NCBI GenBank assembly: GCA_965227405.1
Contig: OZ245758.1
Span: forward strand, 3,060,338-3,124,337
Source of the DNA: Polyangiales bacterium
Lineage (GTDB): Bacteria; Myxococcota_A; Polyangia; Polyangiales; Houyiibacteriaceae
Reading direction: 5' to 3'
DNA length: 64,000 bases
A program made the translations under genes and the position numbers. How positions within the stretch are numbered: position 1 is the stretch's first letter; the number at the start of each line of letters is the position of its first letter. The notes under the pieces were generated by a model, which was not told the origin of the DNA, made no database searches, and saw only the letters and a list, made by a program, of their open reading frames with translations. Below are positions 41,579 to 51,801 of this stretch, piece by piece.

Positions 41579-42919
41579 CTACTCCCCCTCATCGCACCGC
41601 AGGAAGTGGGCGTACACGCCGTTGCTTCCTGTCATCACCACAGCGTAGGTGCCGCTGCCGTGGCGTGCGATGCGCGACCAGCGTGCGGTCTCATCGGGAG
41701 TCGTCAAGACCTTCGGTGCACCGATCTGCACGTTGTCTTCGCTCGGGTCGACAACCACAACCACTGCTTCGCGCGGTGCTCCACGTTCGCGTGCTTTGGG
41801 ACGGTCGGCCACAAACACGGCTCGGTTCGGACCCGCTGCGCCACTGACGTGCAAGTACCCGTAGCCGCTGCTTGGAACAATCGGAACAGGTCCGTGGCTT
41901 TGCTCGCCCTCGATCGCCACAAGTCCGACCGCGGTTGCGGCAGCCATGCCCATCGCGGTGTAGCCGACCAAGAAACGTTCGCCGACTTTGACCGGCGCCA
42001 ACGCGACCGGCTCGAAGATGTTGCTCAAGGGAAGCAGAACCGAGGCTTCACCTGCACCCTCGTCCAATGAAACTTGCATCATCGGCGAGACCGCTTCGCG
42101 TGGATCGACGAATAGCAACTCGTTGCTTCCATCGACAAATGTCGATGCCGCGGCTCCACTGCCTTCAGGCGTGAGGTCGTAGCGTCGAATCAAGCGACCG
42201 GTGGGTTCGAACGCGATGGCGTGCGTGCGCATTCCTTCGGCTCGCCCTTCGGTGTAGGCCACGTACTGGTAGTTGCCGCGCACCCCGAACGCAGGTGTGA
42301 AGCGTTGGTCGGCGCCGTTGCCCACTTGGCGCCACGACTCGACGCGACCACCGGTTTGAATGACCGTCATACGCACGTTGGCTGAGCCATCGACGGTGAC
42401 CAGTCCGATGTGCCCATTGTCGACGCGTCCCAACCCTGGTGCCGCGTTGCGAGGAACCGAGAGCGCTTGTTCCAAATCATCGCGAAGCAACAAACTTGGT
42501 GGCGAACCGGGTTTGGCGCGCACGACCCAAACCTCTTCACCTGCGCCTTCTTCTTTCGTGGAGTAGCCGGCGATCACAAAACCGTCTTCACCCACAGCCA
42601 CAACGTTTGCCGGTCCGTTGCGTGGCCAGAGGCGCGTGGCTTCTTCACCAAAGGTCGCGCAACCGCGCGGGGGGACCGCAGCTTGAACCGTGTCGGTGCT
42701 GACGTTGGGAAGGCTCGGATCGGGCGCTTCGTTTTCCAGTGCTTCGATGTCGTCCAGACCGGCGAGCGGATCATCGTCGACAGCTTCCGTTTCGGACTCC
42801 GTTTCCGTTTGAGTTTCAGTCTCGGTTTCGGTCTCAGAGACCTCGGGCTCCGGGTCGTCACACCCAACGACACAAGCCAAAACGAGGAGCATCAAGCGCA
42901 TGGGGATCTCATACCGCAT
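41579..42919 (-). CDS. Hypothetical lipoprotein with acidic (TE/SE)n repeat after lipobox
   Basis: MRLMLLVLACVVGCDD lipobox; SETETETETQTETESETE; alternative start 42901. Confidence 0.5.
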   Translation of the reverse strand: MRYEIPMRLMLLVLACVVGCDDPEPEVSETETETETQTETESETEAVDDDPLAGLDDIEALENEAPDPSLPNVSTDTVQAAVPPRGCATFGEEATRLWPRNGPANVVAVGEDGFVIAGYSTKEEGAGEEVWVVRAKPGSPPSLLLRDDLEQALSVPRNAAPGLGRVDNGHIGLVTVDGSANVRMTVIQTGGRVESWRQVGNGADQRFTPAFGVRGNYQYVAYTEGRAEGMRTHAIAFEPTGRLIRRYDLTPEGSGAAASTFVDGSNELLFVDPREAVSPMMQVSLDEGAGEASVLLPLSNIFEPVALAPVKVGERFLVGYTAMGMAAATAVGLVAIEGEQSHGPVPIVPSSGYGYLHVSGAAGPNRAVFVADRPKARERGAPREAVVVVVDPSEDNVQIGAPKVLTTPDETARWSRIARHGSGTYAVVMTGSNGVYAHFLRCDEGE

Positions 42920-42984
42920 TGTGCCCACTTTCGAGCTAGCTTCTCTCGGTGCGTGCCTCCGATCTGCTCGGTCCCCATGGACCG

Positions 42985-44856
42985 ATGGCTCGAGCGATCG
43001 ATCGTTACGAGCATCGACCCAGCCAAATGGCGATGGCCGATGCGGTCGAGGATGCGATTCGCGATTGCGAGGTGCTGCTGGTCGAAGCGGGAACCGGAAC
43101 CGGCAAGACTTGGGCGTATCTGGTCCCAGCGTTGCTGAGCGGGCAGAAGGTGATCGTTTCAACGGGTACACGGAACCTTCAAGACCAGATCATGGAGCAG
43201 GATGTTCCCTTGCTCTTGCGACATTTGGATCTGGACGTGGATGTCGCGTGCATGAAGGGGCTGGCCAACTACTTGTGTTTGAGGCGCTACGAACAGTTTC
43301 GACACAGCGCGGAGAGCGCGCATTTGGGTTCGGATCTGCACGTTTTGGACGAGTGGAAACGCACGACCAGCAGCGGTGATCGGGCGGAGCTTCCGCTTCC
43401 CGAAGACGCCAAGATTTGGCATCACGTCCAAAGCGGCAGCGATACGCGAATTGGAGCGAAATGCTCTCACTTCGAAGAGTGTTTCGTGACCCGTATGCGG
43501 AGGGAGGCGGAACGGGCGCAGCTCGTGGTGGTGAACCATCACCTCTTCTTTGCCGATCTCGCACTTCGAGGTCCACGCGGCGGTGCGGTGCTGCCGGACT
43601 ACGACGTCGTGATCTTCGATGAGGCGCATCAGATCGAAGACGTCGCGACGCGCTTCTTCGGCACCCAAATCACCAGCGGAATGATCGAACGGTACGCGCG
43701 CGATACTCAGCGTGCGCTCACGTTGATCAAAGACCCGACCAACTTGGTGGAGGTGGCGCGCGCAGCATCGGAAGCGTTCTTTCGCGCGCTTCCTCATCCA
43801 CCGGAAGAACGAAATGCACCGCTGCCGCGCTCAGTATTCACCGACGAGCTCGAACAACGCTTCTTTGCACTCGACGACGCGCTGGAAGCGCTCGGTGCAC
43901 ACTGTCACCTCAAGCGAAGCGAAAGCGAATCGCTCGGCCAACTGGCGCGGCGTGCCGGCAAACTACGCGACGACTTGGCGCGCATTACCGAAGGAGCGAG
44001 CGGTCGTTCGGTGGCTTGGATTGCGAAGCGCGGTCACGGAACTGCGATTGGTGTCAGCCCGATCGACGTGTCCAAACCACTGGCGGACCAGCTCTTCCAT
44101 CGGGTGGATACCGTGGTCTGCACCAGTGCCACACTCACGACCGCGCGTGACTTTGACTTCATCAAGAACCGACTTGGACTAGGGGTCGATGCAACAACGA
44201 TGAGCCTGAAGAGCCCGTTCGACTGGCCTTCGCAAGCGGCTCTCTACGTGCCCGAACACGTCCCGGATCCACGCTCACCCAACTATCTTGATGTCGCCAC
44301 GAAAGAGATCCTGGGTTTGATCGCGGTGACCGATGGTGGTGCGTTCGTGCTTTGCACCAGTCATCGCGCGGTTCATGAGTTGAGCCAACAGTGTCGTCCG
44401 ACCTTGGTCGAGCGTGGCTACAAACTTTTGGTTCAAGGGCAGGCACCCAAAGCCGTGTTGCTCGAACGCTTTCGCGAGCGAGGCGACGCCATCCTGTTTG
44501 CAACGGCGAGTTTTTGGGAAGGTGTGGATGTCCCTGGCAACGCGTTGCGGTTGGTGATCATCGACAAACTGCCCTTTGGTGTGCCGAGTGATCCTTTGGT
44601 GCGTGCGCGATGCGAGCAGCTCGAAGAAGAAGGCATCAACGCCTTCACCGATCACTTGGTTCCCGCAGCGGCGCTGACACTCAAACAAGGGTTTGGTCGT
44701 CTGATCCGTTCCAGTACGGATCGCGGCATCGTGGCGATTCTCGATTCGCGCATGGTGAAGAAGGGGTACGGGCGCTACTTCGTGGACAGTCTGCCGGACG
44801 CGAGTCGTTGCTACTCGTTGGCGGAGACCAAAGCGTTTTGGGAGCTGGGGCAATGA
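42985..44856 (+). CDS. ATP-dependent DNA helicase, DinG/Rad3 family
   Basis: VEAGTGTGKTWAYLVPAL Walker A, DEAH box VIFDEAHQIED, helicase_C_2 C-term; alt start 42949. Confidence 0.85.
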   Translation: MARAIDRYEHRPSQMAMADAVEDAIRDCEVLLVEAGTGTGKTWAYLVPALLSGQKVIVSTGTRNLQDQIMEQDVPLLLRHLDLDVDVACMKGLANYLCLRRYEQFRHSAESAHLGSDLHVLDEWKRTTSSGDRAELPLPEDAKIWHHVQSGSDTRIGAKCSHFEECFVTRMRREAERAQLVVVNHHLFFADLALRGPRGGAVLPDYDVVIFDEAHQIEDVATRFFGTQITSGMIERYARDTQRALTLIKDPTNLVEVARAASEAFFRALPHPPEERNAPLPRSVFTDELEQRFFALDDALEALGAHCHLKRSESESLGQLARRAGKLRDDLARITEGASGRSVAWIAKRGHGTAIGVSPIDVSKPLADQLFHRVDTVVCTSATLTTARDFDFIKNRLGLGVDATTMSLKSPFDWPSQAALYVPEHVPDPRSPNYLDVATKEILGLIAVTDGGAFVLCTSHRAVHELSQQCRPTLVERGYKLLVQGQAPKAVLLERFRERGDAILFATASFWEGVDVPGNALRLVIIDKLPFGVPSDPLVRARCEQLEEEGINAFTDHLVPAAALTLKQGFGRLIRSSTDRGIVAILDSRMVKKGYGRYFVDSLPDASRCYSLAETKAFWELGQ

Positions 44857-46187
44857 GGTGGTTCGCGGTGTTGCTGGTGGCGTGCTCGAGCGCGTCGGAA
44901 CCCGCACCTGTGGAACAAGCGGAACCGGCGAGCCCACCCGAAGAGCTTTGGGCGACGATCGACTTTGGTGGTGGGGATGTGCAGCGGCTTTACGAAGCAT
45001 TGGACGCCCCGGTTCTTCGCGCGGTTCTGCCTGCGACGCCCCGTGCGTTGGTCGAGCGTATCGATGAACGACCCCGCAACGTAGATGCACAAGCGCCGGT
45101 GCGCGTTGCCATCGTCGATGGACACGTCGCGATTGGTTTTGGATCGGCGGGGCGCCGTGAAGCAGTCGCGGATCACGAACCCCTGCTCCGCGACGTGGGA
45201 GCGTGGCTTCGTCAGCCCATCGAGGCCGATGGAATCAACATCCATGTCGCCGACACGGCGATGCAAGAACTTCGGCAGTACCTGGACGGAGCGCTCAACG
45301 ACCAACTCAACATCGCGCGTGCCGGCATTCGTACCGAAGCAAGTCGGCATGACGAAGCGCCTGCGTACGGGGATCCCGAAGCGCTGGTGAACTGGGTGGC
45401 GACGCGTCTTCGAAGCTACATCGCGTTTGTTCCAGATGTCCGCGAACTGCGTCTAGAGGTCGAAACTCAGCCGCTTCAAGTTCGGGGGCAGTTTGAGACG
45501 TTGGAGGATTCACCTGCCGCGCGCGCGCTTGCATCCGAAGAAGTCGCGAGTGTTCCAACCCTGCCAGCAGGAACCGCCCTTGGGTGGTGGCGTGCTCAGC
45601 CTCGAGCCGGTTGGACGGACCTCTTGGAGAGCACTGCAGGCGACCGGCTGAGCGAGTCGGACCGCGAAACGCTTCGCACGTTTGCCAGCACGAACACCCA
45701 AGGCCAGATGATTGCGGTCGGACACGACGGAGATGCCTTCGCGTTGGTGCAGACGTCCGGAAGCGTTGCAGATCTTGAGCCACTTCTGCGCATGGAACAC
45801 GTTCGAACTCTGCTTGGGCTCTTTCGTTGTGAGGAGGTTCGCAACCCGCGCTTTGGTGCCGCCCTTTGTGCAGATGGACCGTACCTCCAGCACAACGACG
45901 CGAACCATCAACTCATCGTGGCCGACCGCGAGAGTTTTGAGATGCGTCCACCCGAACCCGATGCGCAGCGTGTTATCCCTTCGCGCGCATCTGGGGTGAT
46001 GTTCGTTGACGCACCCGCAATGGCTGCTGCCACAGCCTTGTGGCGACAAACCGGCGCGTTGCCTCGAGCGTCTGCACCGATCGCGCTTTCATGGAGCGCC
46101 GGCGAACGCACCACGTTTGAACTGCGCTTTGCGCCCGGAAGCGTCACAGCGTTTGCCGATGCAACGATGGCGGCCACCGATCCATGA
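44853..46187 (+). CDS. Hypothetical lipoprotein translationally coupled to DinG helicase
   Basis: ATGA overlap; MRWFAVLLVACSS lipobox. Confidence 0.5.
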   Translation: MRWFAVLLVACSSASEPAPVEQAEPASPPEELWATIDFGGGDVQRLYEALDAPVLRAVLPATPRALVERIDERPRNVDAQAPVRVAIVDGHVAIGFGSAGRREAVADHEPLLRDVGAWLRQPIEADGINIHVADTAMQELRQYLDGALNDQLNIARAGIRTEASRHDEAPAYGDPEALVNWVATRLRSYIAFVPDVRELRLEVETQPLQVRGQFETLEDSPAARALASEEVASVPTLPAGTALGWWRAQPRAGWTDLLESTAGDRLSESDRETLRTFASTNTQGQMIAVGHDGDAFALVQTSGSVADLEPLLRMEHVRTLLGLFRCEEVRNPRFGAALCADGPYLQHNDANHQLIVADRESFEMRPPEPDAQRVIPSRASGVMFVDAPAMAAATALWRQTGALPRASAPIALSWSAGERTTFELRFAPGSVTAFADATMAATDP

Positions 46188-46819
46188 TCCCGATTCGCGA
46201 TGCGGGACGACTCGAACACCGACCGTGGGCGACGGGTGCTCTTTTGGTCGCGCTCGTCATTGGCTACATCGCGCAACTGATCTGGCCGCAGCTGACCGAA
46301 GGGCTGGGGCTCACGCCCAGTGCGATGAGTCCTGCTGCGTTGCTGACGCACTTATGGCTACACGCCACGCCGCTCCATCTCATCGGCAATCTGATCTTTC
46401 TCTTCGCGTTTGGTCCCGCGGTGGAAAGCACGCTCGACCCGCGTCGTTTGGTGATCCTCTTTGTGGTTGCCGGAGCTGCAGGGGGCCTTGCGAAACTTGC
46501 CGTCGATCCAACAAGCGCTCTTCCGATGATCGGTGCGAGCGGTGCGATCTCTGGAGTGCTCGGTGCGGCGATCGTGTTGGGGCCGCGCCGACGCATTGTT
46601 GCGTGGACGCCCTACCTCATCGTGATTCAGCTCGTCGAAGTCCCGATTTGGGTCTTCGTCGTGCTTTGGCTGGGTCTGCAGCTTGGACTTGCCTACCTCG
46701 CACTGGGTGCCGACATCGCGACATCGCCGTACGCACACCTCGGCGGCTTTTTGGCAGGCATGGCGATGGCGTATCTACTGCACGCGCGACTGAGGGTATC
46801 CGAAGACCACGAATCGTGA
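46184..46819 (+). CDS. Rhomboid family intramembrane serine protease
   Basis: GASGAISG catalytic Ser, AHLGGFLAG catalytic His, 6 TM; ATGA overlap. Confidence 0.8.
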   Translation: MIPIRDAGRLEHRPWATGALLVALVIGYIAQLIWPQLTEGLGLTPSAMSPAALLTHLWLHATPLHLIGNLIFLFAFGPAVESTLDPRRLVILFVVAGAAGGLAKLAVDPTSALPMIGASGAISGVLGAAIVLGPRRRIVAWTPYLIVIQLVEVPIWVFVVLWLGLQLGLAYLALGADIATSPYAHLGGFLAGMAMAYLLHARLRVSEDHES

Positions 46820-46835
46820 GCTATGCTGCCGCGAC

Positions 46836-48377
46836 GTGACGACCCAGATTCCGCGGAATGAAGTCGAGCTTCGCGATGCGTGGAATGCGCTCGGTCATTT
46901 GTTGCGCCGGCTTCGCACCGTCAGTCATCGATCCGATTGGCTGATCGAGTGTCTGGATACACTGGTCGAGTTACTCGCGGCAGATCGCGGGTTGGTTCTT
47001 CTTCGCGAAGCGGGTGGCGACCATGTGGTGCAAGCACGTGGTCCCGGCGGACAGTTGGATCTGCGCGAACGTCATGAGGTGAGTCAGACCCTGATGCGCC
47101 AAGCGCTTGAATCGGGGCAGTGCGAAGTGTGGGAGATCGGCGAAGACACGACGGAGAGCCTTGCGCACTTGGGCGTGGTGACGGCCGCCGTGGTTCCGCT
47201 GCAGCGGGTGGGCGTCGAGGGACCGCCGAGTGGTGCGCTCTACGTAGACTATCGAGTCCCACGGCGCGTATTTGATGACACCGCGCAAGAGTTACTTGGC
47301 GCTGCCGCCGACATGATCAGCGTTCTTTTGGATCGGCAAGATGCACTCTCGGACGTGAGTGGCGCTCTCATGGACGTGCGACGTGATGCGCAAACTCCGT
47401 CGCTGCGAGACGTGCTTGTTGGCGAAGGCATGGCGCAGGTGCGCAGTGAGATCGCCACGTTGAGCGACGAGACACCACTGTTGGTCACTGGCGAGTCGGG
47501 CACCGGCAAGACCTATCTGTGTCGCGCCCTTGCGGCGGCGAGTAAGCGACGTCCGATCATTCGCGCGTTACTCGGCTCAAGCGACGATCTCAACACGATC
47601 ACGTCCGAACTCTTTGGTCATGAGCGTGGTGCGTTCTCGGGTGCCGTCGGCCGTCGTGTTGGCTTGGTGGAACGTGCGGATGGAGGGACGCTGATCTTGG
47701 ATGAGGTGTTGAGCCTTCCGCACCATGCTCAGCAATTGCTCTTGGACGTGACGCAGTTTGGAACCTTCCGTCCCTTGGGTTGGACAGGAACGGAGCCAAA
47801 GCGCTCAGACGTAAGGTTGATCGCAGCAACCAATGGGGATCTCGAAGCGGCGATTCGCGATGGAAAGCTGCGTGAAGATCTCTACTACCGGCTTGCGGGC
47901 GCGACACTGCACCTTCCACCTTTACGTGAGCGTGTTGCGGATATCGTGCCACTTGCGCAGGGGATTTTGGCGCGTGTGGATCCGAGTCGAGACTGGCGGC
48001 TCACGATCGCGTTGCGTACGCGGTTGAGCGATCGTGCGCTCGCGTGGCCGGGCAATCTGCGGCAGTTGGAGATGCTGCTTCGGCGCGCCCGTGATCGCGC
48101 GTTGTCCGAGGACGAGAGTTGCGATGAGATCGATGCACGTCATGTCCTCGATCGAGAACTCGCTGGACCGAGTATTCGAGACGACCGCATGCCGTCGACA
48201 CTGGAAGCTGTGCATGCACGCCGTGATGCACTCGATCAGCAAGAGCGGGAGATCTTGGCTGCCGTGTTGGCCGAACATGGCGGCACCGTCGCCAAAGCTG
48301 CGCGTGCCCTCGACATGCCTCGTACCAGCTTGATCAGCCGCATGGAGCGTTTGGGTTTGCGCGGCTCCAAGTCGTGA
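46836..48377 (+). CDS. Sigma-54-interacting transcriptional regulator with N-terminal GAF domain
   Basis: GESGTGKT Walker A, GAFSGA, arginine fingers, C-term HTH MPRTSLISRMERLGL; GTG start. Confidence 0.85.
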   Translation: MTTQIPRNEVELRDAWNALGHLLRRLRTVSHRSDWLIECLDTLVELLAADRGLVLLREAGGDHVVQARGPGGQLDLRERHEVSQTLMRQALESGQCEVWEIGEDTTESLAHLGVVTAAVVPLQRVGVEGPPSGALYVDYRVPRRVFDDTAQELLGAAADMISVLLDRQDALSDVSGALMDVRRDAQTPSLRDVLVGEGMAQVRSEIATLSDETPLLVTGESGTGKTYLCRALAAASKRRPIIRALLGSSDDLNTITSELFGHERGAFSGAVGRRVGLVERADGGTLILDEVLSLPHHAQQLLLDVTQFGTFRPLGWTGTEPKRSDVRLIAATNGDLEAAIRDGKLREDLYYRLAGATLHLPPLRERVADIVPLAQGILARVDPSRDWRLTIALRTRLSDRALAWPGNLRQLEMLLRRARDRALSEDESCDEIDARHVLDRELAGPSIRDDRMPSTLEAVHARRDALDQQEREILAAVLAEHGGTVAKAARALDMPRTSLISRMERLGLRGSKS

Positions 48378-49897
48378 AGGCGACGCTCGCGGCGGGGCGC
48401 TTTGTTCTCGAAGAGAAGCTCGGTAGTGGAAGCTTTGGCGAGGTGTTTCGCGCACACGATTCACAACGTGGGCACGAGGTTGCGCTTAAGCGTTTGCATC
48501 GCACAGACGCAGATTCGGTCGCTCGCTTCAAGGCGGAGTTTCGTGCTGTGGCCGCGATGGGTCATCCCAACCTCGTCGCGTTGCACGGGCTTCACCACGA
48601 CGGCGACGATTGGTTCTTCACGATGGAGTTGGTGGAAGGGACCGCGTTGCAGCAATGGCGCCCCACGGACGAAGCCCATCTACGACAGGTGTTTGCAGGG
48701 ATCGCGCGCGGGCTTGGCGCGTTGCACGCGCAAGGTCATATCCATCGCGATCTGAAACCCTCGAACGTGATCGTGTCATCGGATGGCCGACCGGTAGTTC
48801 TCGACTTTGGTCTGGTTGCGTCGCAGCGTTCGCGCGGTCGTCAAGGGATCGTCGGGTCACCCCGCTACGTTGCGCCCGAACTGACCGAAGGGGCGGAGCC
48901 CTCGCCTGCGAGCGACTGGTACTCGCTCGGTGTAATGCTCTATGAGCAAATCGCAGGGAAACCACCGTTCGAAGGACGTGCGATCGAGGTGCTGGTGCAA
49001 AAGCGCTCCACCGATGCGCCGATGCTTTCGCACTCGCTTGGTGAGCTTGTCGCGTCGCTCTTGTCGCGCGAACCGAAAGCACGGCCGACATTGGACGCGC
49101 TGCTGGATGCGTTCGATGCTGCACCCACACGCGCTCCGCAGCGGATGATCGGTCGCGACGCGGAGCTTGCCTGGCTCGGCGATGCGTACGCTCGGGTCGT
49201 TGAGGGACAACCCCTGTGTTGCGTCGTGCGTGCGGAGCCCGGCGCAGGAAAGTCGTTTCTCTTGCGTCGGTTCATCCGCACGCTGCCACGCGATGCGTGG
49301 GTGGTGTACGGACGTTGTTACGAGCGTGAGTCCGTTCCCTACAAAGGGGTCGACGCGATCATCGACGCGCTGGCCGACCTGCTGTCGGAACTACCGGAGA
49401 GCGAACAGCGCGCGTTGGCACCCGCGGGACTTCCCTCGTTGCTTGCTCTCTTTGGATCGCTCGCGCGTGTCCCTGGATTTGCCGAGGCTAAGCGAAGCGT
49501 CGGTTTCGAACAGCGACAAGTTCGCGCTGAGGCATTTGGTGCACTTCGTGAACTGCTGGCGAATATCGCTGCGCGTCGACCTTTGGTTTGGGTGCTCGAC
49601 GATTTGCAGTGGAGTGACGAGGACGCCGACGCGCTGTTGAAGGAACTCTTCTCGGAGCCACTGCCGTTCTTGTTCGTCGGTGCACAACGGCCCGAGGTCG
49701 AGTTTGGCTGGCTGCCCGCCGATGTGCGTGACCTGTCGCCCCTGACGATGGAGCAAGCCCGCGAACTGGCGAGGTCGCTCCATGCGGAGCCCGCACGTGA
49801 ACGAAGCATTGCACTCGCGGCCGGTGGCAATCGCTTCTCGTCGAACTGCTTGCGCGTTTCGGCAACGACGGAGCGGAGGGGTTGGTCGACGCGGTGA
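48374..49897 (+). CDS. Ser/Thr protein kinase + AAA ATPase, N-terminal part of a frameshifted STPK-AAA-TPR gene
   Basis: GSGSFGEV, AxK, HRDLKPSN, DFG; P-loop EPGAGKSF; frame ends at TGA 49895-49897 with unnatural tail. Confidence 0.7.
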   Translation: MKATLAAGRFVLEEKLGSGSFGEVFRAHDSQRGHEVALKRLHRTDADSVARFKAEFRAVAAMGHPNLVALHGLHHDGDDWFFTMELVEGTALQQWRPTDEAHLRQVFAGIARGLGALHAQGHIHRDLKPSNVIVSSDGRPVVLDFGLVASQRSRGRQGIVGSPRYVAPELTEGAEPSPASDWYSLGVMLYEQIAGKPPFEGRAIEVLVQKRSTDAPMLSHSLGELVASLLSREPKARPTLDALLDAFDAAPTRAPQRMIGRDAELAWLGDAYARVVEGQPLCCVVRAEPGAGKSFLLRRFIRTLPRDAWVVYGRCYERESVPYKGVDAIIDALADLLSELPESEQRALAPAGLPSLLALFGSLARVPGFAEAKRSVGFEQRQVRAEAFGALRELLANIAARRPLVWVLDDLQWSDEDADALLKELFSEPLPFLFVGAQRPEVEFGWLPADVRDLSPLTMEQARELARSLHAEPARERSIALAAGGNRFSSNCLRVSATTERRGWSTR

Positions 49898-51801
49898 CGC
49901 AGAGCCTTCGTTCCGTAGACACGGAGACCCGAGATCTCATGCGTGCGGTCTGCCTTGCAGGTCACCCTGTAGCGCGATCGGTAGCGCGACTGGCCGCTGG
50001 AGGGGGACGCTTTGAAGCGCTTCGCCGGCTGCAACTGATCCGCGAAGGGGCTGAGCGCGTCGAGGCGTACCACGATCGTATTCGCGAGTCGGTCGTCGCG
50101 AGCTTGTCCGCAGAGCAGCGATTGGGTCTTCACGCTCGATTGGCCGATGCGATGGCTGAGGCCGCTGGTGATCCAGAGTCGATCGCGCATCACCAGCAAC
50201 GTGCAGAGCGACCTCGTGAAGCCGCGCACTGGACGTTGATCGCAGCTCGTCGCGCCGAAGACGTACTCGCATGGGAACGCGCAACGCGCCTTTATCGCCA
50301 GGCTGAGCAACTTCATCTCTCGCTCGGCCTCCCGCGCGCGGACGTGTTGGTGTCGTTGGGAGATGCCTTGGCGAACGCGGGTCGTGGGTATGAAGCCAAC
50401 GAAGCCTACCGTCGGGCATTGCCTTTGGTGGATGTGGAGCCAAGCACGCACGCACCGGTCGATGTGTGGCGCCGTTCTGCAGAGCACCTTTTGCGCATCG
50501 GACGCATGGACGAAGGGTTGGAGGCGCTGGACGAAGCGGCCGCCATCTACGGAATCCGAGTGCCCAAGCGGCCCACGACCTCGCTTGCGGCGCTGCTTTC
50601 CGAGCGAGCGCGACTGGCGTTGCGTGGATTGGACTTCGTGCCCGTCGAGTCTGAGCGCATCGCCAAGGACACGCGTTCGGAGATCGACCTCTGCTTTGGC
50701 GCAGGTGTCGGGCTAAGCACCATGGACAGCATTCGCGGTGCGTGGTTTCTCGCACGAAGTCTACGCCATTCACTCGATGCAGGTGACACGCGGCGCATTG
50801 CGCGCTCGATGGCGTACGAAGCATCGTCGCATTCGAACCAAGGGCCACCGACTGAAGCACGCAGCAAAGAACTGGTGCGTCGCTGCGAACATCTGGCCGC
50901 GCAGCTCGATGATCCGCATCTTCGCGCGGTATGTATTGGAGCGCGCTGCTTGATCGCATTTCACAATGCGCGGTGGCAGCAGGCATATGAACTCGGGCGC
51001 GAAGCGGAGCTGGCGTTTCGTCGCGACCTGGTCGGGATGGTGAAGGAAGTCTCGTCGATGCAGCTCTACTCCGCGGTGGCTGCACTCAACCTGGGACATC
51101 TGGGTCCCTTGAGTCGGCGATTGGACGCTTTGGTTCGTGAAGCCGCGCAGCGTCGCGACCTCTACACACAAGTGAACTTGCGCAGTGGGTTCTTGAACGC
51201 GCGTTGGTTGGTGCAGGACGACCCGGTGCGTGCGCGCGCCGAAGTGGACGCGGCAAGACGCGATTGGGATCCTGGCTACTACACCGTTCAACGCTTCTTC
51301 GATTTCTTTGCCCGGGTGCAAATCGAACTCTACCGGGGCCACGGTATGGAGGCCGCAGCGCGTGCACGCAGAGGAGTCGGACCGTTCCGACGATCCCTGC
51401 TTGGACGCGTGATGGTGCTCCGCGTGTTCACTTCAGACTTGGTGGGTCGCGCCGCGCTCGCCGAGTCATGCGTGTCTGCACGGCGCGACTCGCTACACGC
51501 CGCGCGTCGAGAGGAGCGTCGCTTGAGGAAAGAACGGACGCCTTGGGCAGACGCGCTCGCGTCGATGTTGCGCGCCGGAATCTGTCGTGTGACTGGTGAG
51601 CACAGAGCTGCTGAGCGCGCGTTGCTCGACGCCATCGTCGGGTTCGACGACCTCGGGATGGCTGCACACGCGGCATCGGCACGACTGCAACGTGCCCATT
51701 GGGCAGGCGACTCGACGGACGAGGCTCATGCGGAGTTGATCGCGCTGGGCGTTCGGAATCCTGAGCGATGGACGCGGATGCTGCTGCCGGTAGCAGGCTA
51801 G
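49882..51801 (+). CDS. TPR-rich C-terminal part of the same STPK-AAA-TPR gene, in +1 frame relative to upstream part
   Basis: Frame open from 49801; translation ...LLVELLARFGNDGAEGLVDAVTQSLR... continues naturally from the upstream frame. Confidence 0.6.
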   Translation: MVDAVTQSLRSVDTETRDLMRAVCLAGHPVARSVARLAAGGGRFEALRRLQLIREGAERVEAYHDRIRESVVASLSAEQRLGLHARLADAMAEAAGDPESIAHHQQRAERPREAAHWTLIAARRAEDVLAWERATRLYRQAEQLHLSLGLPRADVLVSLGDALANAGRGYEANEAYRRALPLVDVEPSTHAPVDVWRRSAEHLLRIGRMDEGLEALDEAAAIYGIRVPKRPTTSLAALLSERARLALRGLDFVPVESERIAKDTRSEIDLCFGAGVGLSTMDSIRGAWFLARSLRHSLDAGDTRRIARSMAYEASSHSNQGPPTEARSKELVRRCEHLAAQLDDPHLRAVCIGARCLIAFHNARWQQAYELGREAELAFRRDLVGMVKEVSSMQLYSAVAALNLGHLGPLSRRLDALVREAAQRRDLYTQVNLRSGFLNARWLVQDDPVRARAEVDAARRDWDPGYYTVQRFFDFFARVQIELYRGHGMEAAARARRGVGPFRRSLLGRVMVLRVFTSDLVGRAALAESCVSARRDSLHAARREERRLRKERTPWADALASMLRAGICRVTGEHRAAERALLDAIVGFDDLGMAAHAASARLQRAHWAGDSTDEAHAELIALGVRNPERWTRMLLPVAG

